From Obrimoposthia wandeli (lineage: Eukaryota), in NCBI GenBank assembly GCA_977020255.1, contig CDROCS010000253.1, positions 2,914,001 through 2,978,000 on the forward strand: a DNA stretch of 64,000 bases, in the 5' to 3' direction. The translations under genes were made by a program, and so were the position numbers. The notes under the pieces were generated by a model. That model was not told where the DNA came from. It saw nothing but the letters and a program-made list of their open reading frames with translations, and did no database searches. Of this stretch, positions 28,529 through 39,481 are shown one piece after another (within the stretch, counting starts at the first letter, position 1; each line of letters starts with the position of its first letter).

Positions 28529-28759
28529 AACAATATGTCCAATGATGGTAGTATGTTCAGTACCCATTATTTTAACGCAGATAAAGCGCTATTGGTCGTT
28601 TTCTTTAACACATTTTTTCCTTTTCGATTAGGATAACGGGCAATAACAATTTCAAGAGCTGCCAGCAGTAGTGTCGTAGTGGCAAAGTTAACTTGGCGCC
28701 TCCTCATTTATTCTTTCTTTAATAAAAGAAGAAAAGAACTCAACAAAAGAATTTATTTT

Positions 28760-31243
28760 ATGAAAATACAACTCATTGCCGCAGCGCTCAGTTTATCATT
28801 AGCCGCTTGTAGTAATACTCAGCTTAATGAGCAACTTAACGAAGCACAGAGTACCAGTGCGCCCGAAAAAGTTCAGGCTGCTGTTGCGACTAATGCACAA
28901 TCAACCGATATTATTACCTTAGAGCAAATAATGGCAGACCCTGATTGGTTTGGTCGTGCGCCAGAATCTTGGTATTGGGGTGATGATAGTAACACTGTCT
29001 ATTATCAGCAAAAGCAATTAGGTAACCCACTACGTGATTTGTATTCACTGGGCCTGTCAAATAGCAATAAGACTGCACAAGTAGCGTTGTCGAATAAACA
29101 TAAAGTTGCTGATGACAATGGGTTACTGAATCAGATGCGCACGCATAAAGTCTACACTTTCAACGGTGATGTTTTTGTAAAAACACTCACTAGTAATGTA
29201 GTGAAACAGCTTACCTTTACCTCAAGCTCTGAACGTAATGCACTCTTTTTGACTAATGGCGATATAGCGTACCAAGTTGGTAATGTTTTTTATGCACATA
29301 ATTTACAAACAGGTCAAATTAAAGAGCTAGCAAATTTACAAACGTCAGCAAAACCTACTGGCGTTACTGTACCTAAAAGTTACTTAGCAAAGGAGCAACA
29401 TAAGTTAATCAACTATATTGCTTTACAGCAGAAAAATAGTAAATTAAAGCAAACTAAACACGAAAAATTAGTGGCTGAAAATAATACAGTAAACGATAGT
29501 AAATTTTATTTTGGCCAAGAGAGTCAAGTAGCGCACGCTAGTTTATCACCAGCGGGTGATAAACTATTAGTGAGTATTACGTCAGCAAAATTTAGTCGTG
29601 ATAAAACCGATATCATGCCTAACTATATCACTAAAGATGGCATCATTGCCGCTGAGAAAGTGCGTGCTCGTGTTGCGAACAACAGACAATATCAAGAGCA
29701 ACTATTTTTACTTGATTTAACTACAGGCACAAAACAAGCGTTAAGTTATGACAGCCTACCTGGCTTTGATGATGATGTTTTAGCCAGTGTTAAAGCTGAA
29801 AATTTTGCTAGAGAAGGAAAAAAATATAAGTCAGAGAAAAAAGCACGTAATATTCATATACTGCAAATGTACAACCCTATTAAATGGAGTAGCGATGGTC
29901 AGTATCTAGCGCTAATGTTAGAAGCGTGGGATAACAAAACTCGCTGGTTAACAACGGTTGATTTTGCTAAAAATGAACTCGTTACTCAACATAAACTTCA
30001 TGATAATGCTTGGATTAACTGGAGCTTTAATGACTTTGGTTGGTTAGCAGCTAATGCCGAAAATAACATTGACGCAAGCCTTTATTATTTATCGGAAGAG
30101 TCTGGTTATTCGCATTTGTACCATAAAGATTTAAACAGTAAGGCCGTTAAGTTAACTGCGGGTAAGTTTGAAGTAAGTAATGTTACTGTAACGCAAGATA
30201 ACCAGAGATTTATCTTTAAAGCCAATAAAAAACATCCTGGTATTTATGAAGTATACCAAGTGGATTTAGCAAAAAACGTAACAGTATTGACTAATTTAGG
30301 TGGTAAAAATGATTACGAAATTAGCCCTGATGAATCAAAATTATTAATTCAGCATTCTACCGTTACCATGCCACCAGAGCTTTATGTTCAAAGTTTAAAT
30401 GGTACAGATGAAGCGAAAAGAATTACTCACACAGTATCGGATCAGTTTTTAGCGATGCCTTGGGTTGCACCTACCGTTGTTGCCATTGCCTCAAGTAAAC
30501 AAAAAGAACCTATTTACTCAAAAGTATATTTACCTAAAAACTTTGATAAAAGCTCAGATAAAAATCGTGCTGTTATGTTTACCCATGGTGCAGGGTACCT
30601 GCAAAACTCACACTTAGGCTGGTCAGGGTATTTCCGTGAATTTATGTTCAACTCACTGTTAGTGCAACAAGGTTATGTTGTTATTGATATGGATTACCGA
30701 GCATCTGCGGGTTACGGACGTGACTGGCGTACCGCTATTTATCGTCATATGGGTAAACCTGAAGTAGAAGATATGCGTGATGGTGTTGAATGGTTAGTTG
30801 CAAACGCGAATGTTGATGCTAAACGTGTCGGTACTTATGGTGGCTCTTACGGTGGTTTCTTAACCTTAATGTCAATGTTCACTGACCCTGATTTATTCGC
30901 TTCTGGCTCAGCGATACGTCTAGTATCGGATTGGGCTTATTATAATCATGGTTATACCTCAAATATTTTAAATACCCCTGAAGATGATGCTATTGCCTAC
31001 GAACGTAGTTCACCCATTTATTTTGCAGAAGGGCTTAAAAAACCATTATTAATTAATGCGCCTATGGTTGATGATAATGTGTTTTTTGAAGATACCGTAC
31101 GACTAGTACAGCGTTTAATTGAGCTTGAAAAGCAAGACTTTGAAACGGCTATCTACCCGGTAGAACCACATGGCTTTGTACAACCGAGCTCTTGGTTAAA
31201 CGAATATCGTCGTATTTATAAGTTATTTGAGAACACTTTATAA
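28760..31243 (+). CDS. S9 family (DPP IV/prolyl oligopeptidase-like) lipoprotein peptidase
   Basis: Lipobox LAAC, GTYGGSYGG nucleophile, DDNV, EPHGF; ATG 28760 preferred. Confidence 0.93.
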   Translation: MKIQLIAAALSLSLAACSNTQLNEQLNEAQSTSAPEKVQAAVATNAQSTDIITLEQIMADPDWFGRAPESWYWGDDSNTVYYQQKQLGNPLRDLYSLGLSNSNKTAQVALSNKHKVADDNGLLNQMRTHKVYTFNGDVFVKTLTSNVVKQLTFTSSSERNALFLTNGDIAYQVGNVFYAHNLQTGQIKELANLQTSAKPTGVTVPKSYLAKEQHKLINYIALQQKNSKLKQTKHEKLVAENNTVNDSKFYFGQESQVAHASLSPAGDKLLVSITSAKFSRDKTDIMPNYITKDGIIAAEKVRARVANNRQYQEQLFLLDLTTGTKQALSYDSLPGFDDDVLASVKAENFAREGKKYKSEKKARNIHILQMYNPIKWSSDGQYLALMLEAWDNKTRWLTTVDFAKNELVTQHKLHDNAWINWSFNDFGWLAANAENNIDASLYYLSEESGYSHLYHKDLNSKAVKLTAGKFEVSNVTVTQDNQRFIFKANKKHPGIYEVYQVDLAKNVTVLTNLGGKNDYEISPDESKLLIQHSTVTMPPELYVQSLNGTDEAKRITHTVSDQFLAMPWVAPTVVAIASSKQKEPIYSKVYLPKNFDKSSDKNRAVMFTHGAGYLQNSHLGWSGYFREFMFNSLLVQQGYVVIDMDYRASAGYGRDWRTAIYRHMGKPEVEDMRDGVEWLVANANVDAKRVGTYGGSYGGFLTLMSMFTDPDLFASGSAIRLVSDWAYYNHGYTSNILNTPEDDAIAYERSSPIYFAEGLKKPLLINAPMVDDNVFFEDTVRLVQRLIELEKQDFETAIYPVEPHGFVQPSSWLNEYRRIYKLFENTL

Positions 31244-31293
31244 TTTTGATAGGCTTCGGTATTAGAAGGTAGAGTAAGCGTTTATTATGCTCT

Positions 31294-31330
31294 AAAAAAA
31301 AGCCCTGATAGTCACTATCAGGGCTTTTTT
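31294..31330. terminator. Bidirectional intrinsic terminator
   Basis: AAAAAAGCCCTGATAG-tca-CTATCAGGGCTTTTTT. Confidence 0.85.
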
Positions 31331-31395
31331 AATGCGTCAATAAGGTCGCACTAGTCTCTAATACGATTAGGTGATGAACCTTAAGCGTAATATAG

Positions 31396-32109
31396 TTATA
31401 TAGACCAAGACACAGTGTCACTAATACTTTGTTGCCACTTGCCTAAGGATTCATTCTTATCGCCGACAACAATGATATTACTGCGATTAAACTCAAGAGA
31501 ACTACCGAAGAGATCTTTATCGTTAAAAGCATCAGTAAAACTTAACTGTTCATTTTTAGGAACAATAAAGACAGTAACAGGGCTCGTTTTACCTTGGTAA
31601 ACTAAATGCAAACTCTTCATACCATCAAATCGACAGTAATCAGCCCACAATAGTTTTCCTAAAGATTGGCTAAAGTTACCATCAAAAGTCGCCATCTTCT
31701 GGTTTAATGATGCTAAAGTAACTCGGCTGCTGGCGTTGTTAGCAATACTACCTTGCTCATGATAAACATGGGCTAGCGCATAATCACCTAGATTGTGATA
31801 AGCACTGGAAAACTGCATAAAGTTAAGCACTAAGCCACCAACAATGGCAACAGAGGCTGCTAATGCAAGATGCACACGAGTTTTACGCTTTTGCACTTGG
31901 TGAGTTGCTAACGTTTGTCGCAAAATCAATTTATCGACTAAATCATCAGGTACAGGGATTTGTAATGCTTGCTTAATTTTTTCATCTAATTGACAAATCT
32001 CTTGAGCAAATTGTTTCTTGCTTGGATCTTGTTGCTGCGCCAAGATAGCATCAGCATCCTGATTATTGGGATCGGCATATATAGCGCGTCTAAACTGCAA
32101 ATCATCCAT
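31396..32109 (-). CDS. DUF3379 family protein (putative anti-sigma factor)
   Basis: MDDLQFRRAIYADP, ALAASVA TM segment; overlaps the ECF sigma gene. Confidence 0.85.
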   Translation of the reverse strand: MDDLQFRRAIYADPNNQDADAILAQQQDPSKKQFAQEICQLDEKIKQALQIPVPDDLVDKLILRQTLATHQVQKRKTRVHLALAASVAIVGGLVLNFMQFSSAYHNLGDYALAHVYHEQGSIANNASSRVTLASLNQKMATFDGNFSQSLGKLLWADYCRFDGMKSLHLVYQGKTSPVTVFIVPKNEQLSFTDAFNDKDLFGSSLEFNRSNIIVVGDKNESLGKWQQSISDTVSWSI

Positions 32110-32617
32110 TGTACATACCTCGTTTTACTGGCTCTGCTTCTAAAGCTTCTTTAAGCTGGTTTCTTGCTCTAAATAAACGTGTCATTACTGTATTCTTATT
32201 TAGATCTAACATAGCGGCAATATCTTCTCCGCTAAAGCCACCTAATACTTGTAAAATTAATGGTTCAGAGTATTCAGGCGGTAGTTGTGAAATTTTCTCT
32301 CTTAACCAGTGATTTTCAAGCTCTTGCTCAGTGGTCACTGATTTAGTATCGGTTATGCTTGCCTCTTCATATTCGCTCATGTCAAAACGTTTTCTCTCGA
32401 AACGTCTAGCATTCTCTCGTCGTAAAATAGTGATTAACCATGACTTAGCTGCTTTTTCATCTTTAAGCGAATCAAGGGCTCGCCAAGCACGTAAAAAAGT
32501 TTCTTGCACTAAGTCTTCAGCCACTTGTTTTTCGTGGCATAACCAAAAGGCATAGCGATATAAATCACTGTGTAGCGCTTTAACTAGCGCCTCATATCTA
32601 ACTTGTTTTGTCATCAT
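32102..32617 (-). CDS. ECF sigma-70 family factor
   Basis: AEDLVQETFLRAW, WLITILRRENAR, TVMTRLFRAR. Confidence 0.92.
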   Translation of the reverse strand: MMTKQVRYEALVKALHSDLYRYAFWLCHEKQVAEDLVQETFLRAWRALDSLKDEKAAKSWLITILRRENARRFERKRFDMSEYEEASITDTKSVTTEQELENHWLREKISQLPPEYSEPLILQVLGGFSGEDIAAMLDLNKNTVMTRLFRARNQLKEALEAEPVKRGMYNG

Positions 32618-32743
32618 ATGTTTATAGACCCTAGCATGAGGAAGTTTATTTCAAGCATTAGTGATTATTTACTTAATAACGTAGTCATTTTTTTGTTAAA
32701 TGACGTTAGTTATTAAGTAAATTATATACGAAAAGTTAAACTT

Positions 32744-34567
32744 TCATGGATTAAGTGGTAATAACTGATGAGAATTTATTTTTGCACTTTGTTGCTTATG
32801 AACCATTTTGATGGCAGTTAACAATGCTAAGCCTTGCCAAGAAGGAGCACCATTGACCGCGCTTTTTCCATAAAGGTGTTGTTGTAAATCATTAAGAGCC
32901 GTGGCAAAACTTTGTTCTTGAACAATGGCTTGCGCTTGGGCAATGTTATTTATTTCTAATGCTGAATCGTTAGTGGTAAGTAATTGTCTTAGCCAAGGCA
33001 ATACTAAATTCAATGTTTGCTCGGCGTTGTTTTTCTTACAGGCCGCTAACAGAGCAACATAATGATTGCCCGAATTAATAACGCTTGCTGTATGATCAGA
33101 GTGAGCTTTGGCATTTTTCTGATGGTTTTGTTTGAAATAAAAGAATTGAACTAACCAGGCCAAACTGGTTAATAACCATAAACTAAGAAATAACCATTGC
33201 AGACGCTTATCTTGGACAAGTACCTCAGAGCCAATAGCAGGAACCTGACCCGCTAAGTTCTCAGTGTTATTAGTCGCGTTAGCACTGTGAGCAACGTTAT
33301 CCGCTTTACTGGCTGTATTATTAAAATCATTAGACGCATTCTCCGCCATACTGCCTTCTGCTGCTTGAACCGAAAGTGTTTTTGATGGCAGTGTCGCCAG
33401 TTCAATTTTATTGGTCATGGTGTTAAACCAAGTAATACTCATTTCTGGTAAGACAAAGTCTCCAGCAGTACTTGGTACTAGGGCAAAGTTTTGTATCTTT
33501 TGGCTGACCAATCGCTCATTCCTTAGGTTGGCATTTAACTCAGCTTGGTCAGGATAAATTTTTAAACCTCGACTACTTTTCATTTCAAGCTTTGGTAGCT
33601 GTGCTTTTGAAAGCCCAGCTGCTGTCAACGTTATAGTACGAGTAATTGGCTCGCCAACGATAAATTGATCATTACCTGTTGGCCACTCTTGATGCAGTGT
33701 CAGTATGTCAGTAGGCAACCATTGGGCATTGGTTGGGTAGTTGGTTGGTATAGGTAAAACAACAATATTTAATGCATCACCTAAAATACTGACCGGTTTC
33801 GTTTGGGCAAAACTTAAAAAACTCGAACGTCGTTTAGATGCTTGTAGTATTTCACCTGAAAATAGCGGAGCTTTTAAAGTAAATTCACCACTTTGTTCTG
33901 GCGTTATAGCATAAGTTTGTTCAATTACCCGGTAACGCTTGCCGTTGATAATATTATCAGATTGCTTGTCTTGGCCTATTTTCTCAATAGTAGCGCCCGT
34001 TAAGCTTGGCTCAGTTAAGTTGCCGCTTTTAAGTTCAACGGCAAAATGTAGTTTTATAGATAAGGTTAATAATTGCTGCACGTAAACTTCATCATTGGAT
34101 AATTCACTGGTAACAAAAATATCAGTTTGGCTGCTGCTAGTATCATTAGCTGCGATAACAGTCAGCTCCACGGGTTCACTTTGCTGGTTTTCAATGGTAA
34201 GGGCAGGAATGATAAATTGCCCGGCGCTGCGAGCAATTAAAACAATTTGCCATTTGGTCATACGGCTTGTTTTAAAATTGACCATACTGGTCTGCGAACT
34301 CACTGATGTTTGACCGACAATAAAGTCGCTAAGTAATGGGCTGGTATCCAAAGCATTACGGTTTACATCGTCATCAGCAGTGACGGTTAATAATATCGAC
34401 TCATTAATCATCGCGGGATTTTTATCAATAACCGCGGTCACTTTTGATAAAGCGAAGACGTTATTGCTGAACAAGAATGTCGCCATGATTAGGATAGTTA
34501 GCATAAGGCTTTGTAAGGGATAAAAAGACCCTTTAGCTGTTACATGCATTGAAAAATTTCTTACCAC
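32744..34567 (-). CDS. batD: BatD family protein
   Basis: DFIVGQTSVSSQTSMVN, VYVQQ, WLPT, IYPDQ, WFNT motifs; operon position. Confidence 0.88.
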   Translation of the reverse strand: MVRNFSMHVTAKGSFYPLQSLMLTILIMATFLFSNNVFALSKVTAVIDKNPAMINESILLTVTADDDVNRNALDTSPLLSDFIVGQTSVSSQTSMVNFKTSRMTKWQIVLIARSAGQFIIPALTIENQQSEPVELTVIAANDTSSSQTDIFVTSELSNDEVYVQQLLTLSIKLHFAVELKSGNLTEPSLTGATIEKIGQDKQSDNIINGKRYRVIEQTYAITPEQSGEFTLKAPLFSGEILQASKRRSSFLSFAQTKPVSILGDALNIVVLPIPTNYPTNAQWLPTDILTLHQEWPTGNDQFIVGEPITRTITLTAAGLSKAQLPKLEMKSSRGLKIYPDQAELNANLRNERLVSQKIQNFALVPSTAGDFVLPEMSITWFNTMTNKIELATLPSKTLSVQAAEGSMAENASNDFNNTASKADNVAHSANATNNTENLAGQVPAIGSEVLVQDKRLQWLFLSLWLLTSLAWLVQFFYFKQNHQKNAKAHSDHTASVINSGNHYVALLAACKKNNAEQTLNLVLPWLRQLLTTNDSALEINNIAQAQAIVQEQSFATALNDLQQHLYGKSAVNGAPSWQGLALLTAIKMVHKQQSAKINSHQLLPLNP

Positions 34568-36663
34568 TTTTTAGTTACTCCTTGGGGCGCACCCTCATTT
34601 CGGCGTTTTTGGTATTCGAGGCGCATTTTATTTCGTAATAGTAAATAAGGATCGTCTGTTACCTTATTTAATAGTTGTTGGTGTTTCTGCTCTGTTTCTT
34701 GCGCTTTGCTGTCACTGGCTTGCTGAGCTAACGATTTTTCATCGCCTTGTTGCTCTTCATCTGTCGATTCGGCTTGCTTTGCTTGTTCAGCTTTATCTTT
34801 TTGCTCTTGCTTTTGTTGCTGATCGTCTTGCTGCTCAGCTTCTTTTTCTGAATCACTTTGCTGTTGGTCACCTGGTTGAGGGTCATCTTGACCATCTTGA
34901 TTTTCTTTGTTCTCTTGCTGGCCATCTTGTGATTGCTTTTCGCCGTCTTGATTTTCGTTTTTATCTTGCTCATCCCCCTCCGATTGATCTTGAGAGTCTT
35001 GATCTTTCTGGGATTTTTCTTCTTGTTTTTTAAGCTCTTCTAGTTTTGCTAAGTTGTCTTTGGCATCGCTTAAGCTAGGATCTTTTTCCAGCGCTTTTTT
35101 ATAAGCGTTAATTGCCTCATCAACTTTTTTTAGCTGTGCTAACGAATTGCCTTGGTTATAGAGTGCTTGAGCTGTATCTCCTTGTTTGAAAGCTTGAAGT
35201 GCTTGTTCATAATCTCCAGCTTTATAGTGAGCACTGCCTTGCCATTGGCTGTCTTCAAACTGTTTAGCGGCTTGTTGATAGTCTTGTTGTTGATAGTGTT
35301 GCTGTGCTTGCTGGTCTGACGTTTTCCATAAATTTTGCCACAGTTGACTAGCGGCAGACTCACCAGTAGCTTCCGCATTAGGTTTGACTGCTGGAGACTC
35401 TGAGGTGACTGGAGCTTGCGTATTGTTAAGCTCAGCGGCATAGCTGACAGGACTTATACTTGCGATGCTACACAATAAAGTCAGTGGCATAAGCCAGGTT
35501 ATTGCCAATATACTGGTGCCACGACGAAAATAGCTTAACAGTAATGGCAGTATAATGAGTAGTAACCAAGGACCTTGTTCTTGGTATTGATCCCCTTGCA
35601 TTGCTTGCTTACTTTGCTGCTCGTTTTGATGTTCATTTGCATTTTTCGATGCCTGTGAGTCCACCTTGTCATCAAGGTTCATACTTAAGTGAGCAGTCAA
35701 TGCTTTAATGTCCGAGTCATCATTGGTCATGGTGTGATAAACCCCTCGGCTGCGCTGACTTATCGCTGCCAGTCTACCCTCTGGTAACTTGGGAATGACG
35801 ATAGCGCCTTTGTTATCTTTGAGTAACTTGCCACTGCTCAACTTTATTGGCGCGCCAGTTTTACTACCAACACCTAATATATTCACTTTATGGTCGTTAT
35901 CATTAGCCCAATCATAAATATCTGACATTTCATCATTTTCAATATCATCAGTGAACCAATAAATATCACCACTAATATGACCGGCATTTTTCAACGTTTT
36001 ATCAGCTAGTATTAGTGCGGCCAAAGCATTTGCCCCATGAACAGGCATAATATCGGGTGACAGTGAAGGTAACAGTAACTCAATATTTTTAATATCTTGC
36101 GTCAATGGGCTAATAATAAAAGCGTCACCGGCATAGGCGATTAAGCCGACATCACCTTCATTGATTTTTTTAAGTAAATCGATGGCTTTATAACGAGCAC
36201 GGGTTAATCGATTGGGCTTTACATCTGTTGCATACATGGAGAAAGACATATCCATAATCAATACCGCACCACGCTCTAGTTGATAAACGGGTTGTGGTAA
36301 TTTTTGCCAAGCGGGTCCGGCGAGGGCGAAAATAATACAATTGCCAATCACTAAAGGTTTTAACCAATAACGTGTTTGTGATGAGCTGGTTTGTACTCCT
36401 TGGCTCTGTGAATTTTCCAATAAAGCGTTAGCTAAGTGAGCAGGTAAAAAATGCTGCCAAGGGGATTGGTAATAACGAATTTTTTTCAAGAGAAATAACA
36501 CTAAAAACAAAGCAGAAAAGCCTAATAACCACCAAGGTCGAATAAAGTGGAAGTTATTGATTATACTTTCAAAATTAGCAGATTCGAAGTTAAGGTTATC
36601 CAAAGTAAAGTCGTTAGCGAATTGCGTTAAGTCAGTTAATAAATTTGTTTGTTCAGCTGACAT
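34561..36663 (-). CDS. VWA + TPR protein (BatB/C-like) with a Q/D/E-rich linker
   Basis: FHFIRPWWLL, MDMSFSM (MIDAS), YNQGNSLA TPR, DDPYLLLRNKM; start MSAEQ at 36663. Confidence 0.88.
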   Translation of the reverse strand: MSAEQTNLLTDLTQFANDFTLDNLNFESANFESIINNFHFIRPWWLLGFSALFLVLFLLKKIRYYQSPWQHFLPAHLANALLENSQSQGVQTSSSQTRYWLKPLVIGNCIIFALAGPAWQKLPQPVYQLERGAVLIMDMSFSMYATDVKPNRLTRARYKAIDLLKKINEGDVGLIAYAGDAFIISPLTQDIKNIELLLPSLSPDIMPVHGANALAALILADKTLKNAGHISGDIYWFTDDIENDEMSDIYDWANDNDHKVNILGVGSKTGAPIKLSSGKLLKDNKGAIVIPKLPEGRLAAISQRSRGVYHTMTNDDSDIKALTAHLSMNLDDKVDSQASKNANEHQNEQQSKQAMQGDQYQEQGPWLLLIILPLLLSYFRRGTSILAITWLMPLTLLCSIASISPVSYAAELNNTQAPVTSESPAVKPNAEATGESAASQLWQNLWKTSDQQAQQHYQQQDYQQAAKQFEDSQWQGSAHYKAGDYEQALQAFKQGDTAQALYNQGNSLAQLKKVDEAINAYKKALEKDPSLSDAKDNLAKLEELKKQEEKSQKDQDSQDQSEGDEQDKNENQDGEKQSQDGQQENKENQDGQDDPQPGDQQQSDSEKEAEQQDDQQQKQEQKDKAEQAKQAESTDEEQQGDEKSLAQQASDSKAQETEQKHQQLLNKVTDDPYLLLRNKMRLEYQKRRNEGAPQGVTKKW

Positions 36664-36664
36664 A

Positions 36665-37684
36665 TTATTTATTCCCCGTAGCGTTAACATCATTTTTAGC
36701 GGGCAATAAAAAACTGAAATGTAAGCTGAGTAAATAAACAAAACAAAGTAGAGTAGCCAAGGCAAGTGGCCAATAATATAAAGCACTCAGTGGTCGCATT
36801 TGTTGCTGCTCTTGTTCAATCGGCTCAAGTTTATCTAATAAACTGTATATTTCACTCATGCCTTGGCTATCACGGGCACGAAAATATTGACCACCCGTTT
36901 TCTCCGCGATAGTTGCTAAACTTTGCTCGTCTAAATCACCTGATGGGTTAATACGTTGTGTTCCCCACATCGACTGTTGCAGCATAACATCGGCGCCAAT
37001 ACCTACGGTATAGATAGTAATACCTTTAGCAACCGCTAACTCTAGTGCTTGCTCTGGTGTTATTTTACCTGCTGTGTTTTGACCATCGGTTAACAATAAT
37101 AAAACCTTATTAGACTCTTTTTTTGCGTCAAAACGTTTTACCGCGAGTGCGATGGCATCGCCAATGGCTGTTTTTCTACCCACAAGGTTAAGCTCACTTT
37201 CATCTAACATTTGCTTTACGGTTTTTCTATCAAAGGTCATCGGTGTTTGCATGTAAGCATCATCGGCAAATAATATTAAACCGAGACGGTCACTCACTCG
37301 GCGCTCTATAAAATCACCAAGTACGACCTTCAGCATCTGTAAGCGGTTTACACTGCGGCCATTAATACTCATATCCTCTATTTCCATGCTGCCGGAAAGA
37401 TCAACAGCAATCATCATTTCACGGCCTTCACTGGGAATATCAATGGCTTCACCAAGCCACTGCGGTCGGCTAATAGCGATAATCAGTAAAATCCAACAAG
37501 TTGTTAAAACCAGCAGAGGAGCTTTTCGCTTTTGCTGATCGCTCACCGTATTACTTATTACATTAAGAAGCACCGGCATGATTAGCGCACTTTGTTGGGT
37601 AGCACTTTTTTTAGCCGGTAAAAAATAGATAATCAGCGGCAGAGGTAATAGGGCAAATAACCACGGCCAAGCAAAACTTATCAT
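36665..37684 (-). CDS. VWA domain protein (BatA-like)
   Basis: FAWPWLF, VDLSGSM, FADDAYMQTPMTFD, LLTDGQNTAG. Confidence 0.92.
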   Translation of the reverse strand: MISFAWPWLFALLPLPLIIYFLPAKKSATQQSALIMPVLLNVISNTVSDQQKRKAPLLVLTTCWILLIIAISRPQWLGEAIDIPSEGREMMIAVDLSGSMEIEDMSINGRSVNRLQMLKVVLGDFIERRVSDRLGLILFADDAYMQTPMTFDRKTVKQMLDESELNLVGRKTAIGDAIALAVKRFDAKKESNKVLLLLTDGQNTAGKITPEQALELAVAKGITIYTVGIGADVMLQQSMWGTQRINPSGDLDEQSLATIAEKTGGQYFRARDSQGMSEIYSLLDKLEPIEQEQQQMRPLSALYYWPLALATLLCFVYLLSLHFSFLLPAKNDVNATGNK

Positions 37685-38298
37685 TCGCTTAATTCCTTTT
37701 CTTTTTCGACTGGCATAGATTTATTAACCGTGGTGGTATTATCCATAGGAAAAGGCTCATCAATAACGAGAGGGCCATTAATAGGAAGCGCATGCGTTAG
37801 CCATAGTTTAGTAGCTTGCTGGCAATCACGATCAATATCATTCGTTGTTGCTGTATTTAAGACTGCTTGCTCAGCTTTATATTGTCCCTGAAATGCGGCA
37901 GTGCTTAACGTAGTAAAATTAGCTTGGTGTTTTTCAGGTAATTGTTTCATTAAAAATCGCTGAAAACTCTCACCGTATAACTTGGCTAATTGTTGACGAT
38001 TAATATATTGCATGGCAGCCCACTTCAATAAGGTAATACACTCTTTAGCACTCAGTAATGGGTTGTTCTCTAGTACCGTTAAGGCCTGTTTTTTCCCCGC
38101 ATTTACCCGTATAAGTTGTTTACGCTTTTTATAAAGCCACACTGTGCTAATAACAAGCAATGCTAACAATAGCCACCAACCGGGTGCGATAGGGAAATTG
38201 TGCACTTGCTCTGGCAGATGAATATCATGCAATTGTAATTGTGCCGATTGATCTGGCAAAGATTGACTAGGCAAAGTCGGCGAGTTTGTTGTAGCCAT
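37681..38298 (-). CDS. DUF4381 family protein
   Basis: LHDIHLP...PIAPGWW motif. Confidence 0.88.
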   Translation of the reverse strand: MATTNSPTLPSQSLPDQSAQLQLHDIHLPEQVHNFPIAPGWWLLLALLVISTVWLYKKRKQLIRVNAGKKQALTVLENNPLLSAKECITLLKWAAMQYINRQQLAKLYGESFQRFLMKQLPEKHQANFTTLSTAAFQGQYKAEQAVLNTATTNDIDRDCQQATKLWLTHALPINGPLVIDEPFPMDNTTTVNKSMPVEKEKELSE

Positions 38299-39392
38299 TA
38301 TAACGATGCCCCATATTTTAATTGTTGCTCGAGGCTTTCACCAGCGCTAAAGTGAATGACTCGGGCATTCGTTGATTGTAACAGTAACTGCATTTTCTCA
38401 TTTTGTGCCAAGGCTTGTTGCTGGTATTGCTCAGCGGTGTTGTTATCACCCAATGTTAATTGCTGTCTATTGCTGCCATCGGTAAATGTTACCGCTAATT
38501 TTAGCGTACTTGCCGGCAATGCTTGCTCTAGAGGATCACTAATTAAACAAATGACCAACTCACAATGTTGACTAATTTGACTTAGGTGCCTTAATGCATG
38601 TTGACAGTTTTTTTCATCTCGAAGCGCATGACCATCAGTGATCAAATAAACAAGTGAGCCGGGTTTAGCAAGGTGTCTTAATCGTGCACAGTGTTGCTCA
38701 AAATGTGAATGACCGAAAGAATCACTTTGATACGGTGCTGAAACGCCTTGTTTTAGCGCTTGCTCATCATCATCACCATCACTTATGGCGGAATTTTGTG
38801 CCTCAACGGGCGTTTTCTTTGTTTGATTATTTAAGGTGGTTAAAGCATGTAGATAATGCAACACACCGGCTTTACGACTACGCGGTTTTAATTCAATATG
38901 TTGTTCATCACAAAATACTAAGCCGCCTATACGGTCGTCACGGTTTTTTGCATGCCAAGCAACGAGTGCTGCTAAATGAGCAGCTTGTACAGATTTAAAA
39001 AGAAGTTTACTGCCAAAACGCATAGTGTGGCTCAAGTCAGTGGCAACCAGTACTGGCCTTTCTATTTCTTCTCGAAAAAGTTTAGTGTGGGTTTTTCCGG
39101 TACGTGCTGTTACTCGCCAGTCAATGGCACGAACATCATCACCTGTTTGATAATGACGAACTTCATCAAACTCCATGCCACGACCTTTACTACGGGATAA
39201 ATAATTACCCGATTGCTTTCCTTGAATATTCTTTTTACCAGCCAAGTCAATTAAACGACTCTTATTTTGGTACTGTAATAGTTCCTGCATAGATAAATCT
39301 ATGCCATCACTATATAAGCTTTTGAGTAAGGATTGGACAGCATCCTTATTCAAGTTATTTGAAGAAGATTTTTTTTGACGATTAAACCACAT
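38298..39392 (-). CDS. DUF58 family protein
   Basis: GRGMEFDEVRHYQTGDDVRAIDWRVTAR. Confidence 0.93.
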   Translation of the reverse strand: MWFNRQKKSSSNNLNKDAVQSLLKSLYSDGIDLSMQELLQYQNKSRLIDLAGKKNIQGKQSGNYLSRSKGRGMEFDEVRHYQTGDDVRAIDWRVTARTGKTHTKLFREEIERPVLVATDLSHTMRFGSKLLFKSVQAAHLAALVAWHAKNRDDRIGGLVFCDEQHIELKPRSRKAGVLHYLHALTTLNNQTKKTPVEAQNSAISDGDDDEQALKQGVSAPYQSDSFGHSHFEQHCARLRHLAKPGSLVYLITDGHALRDEKNCQHALRHLSQISQHCELVICLISDPLEQALPASTLKLAVTFTDGSNRQQLTLGDNNTAEQYQQQALAQNEKMQLLLQSTNARVIHFSAGESLEQQLKYGASL

Positions 39393-39481
39393 AAAGTAAC
39401 TCTACTTGCTCATTCGATTTCATAAGTAACAGTAAGTGCTGGCCTAATAAGTAACGAGGTTACTTCGGCTGAAAGTAGCAA

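Noticed and set aside
31409-31421. matS-like site (GACACAGTGTCAC)
   Set aside because: Two mismatches to GTGACRNYGTCAC and it lies inside a CDS; not distinguishable from chance.
34728-35441. Alternate-frame and antisense ORFs over the VWA/TPR gene
   Set aside because: By-products of the low-complexity Q/E/K/D linker.
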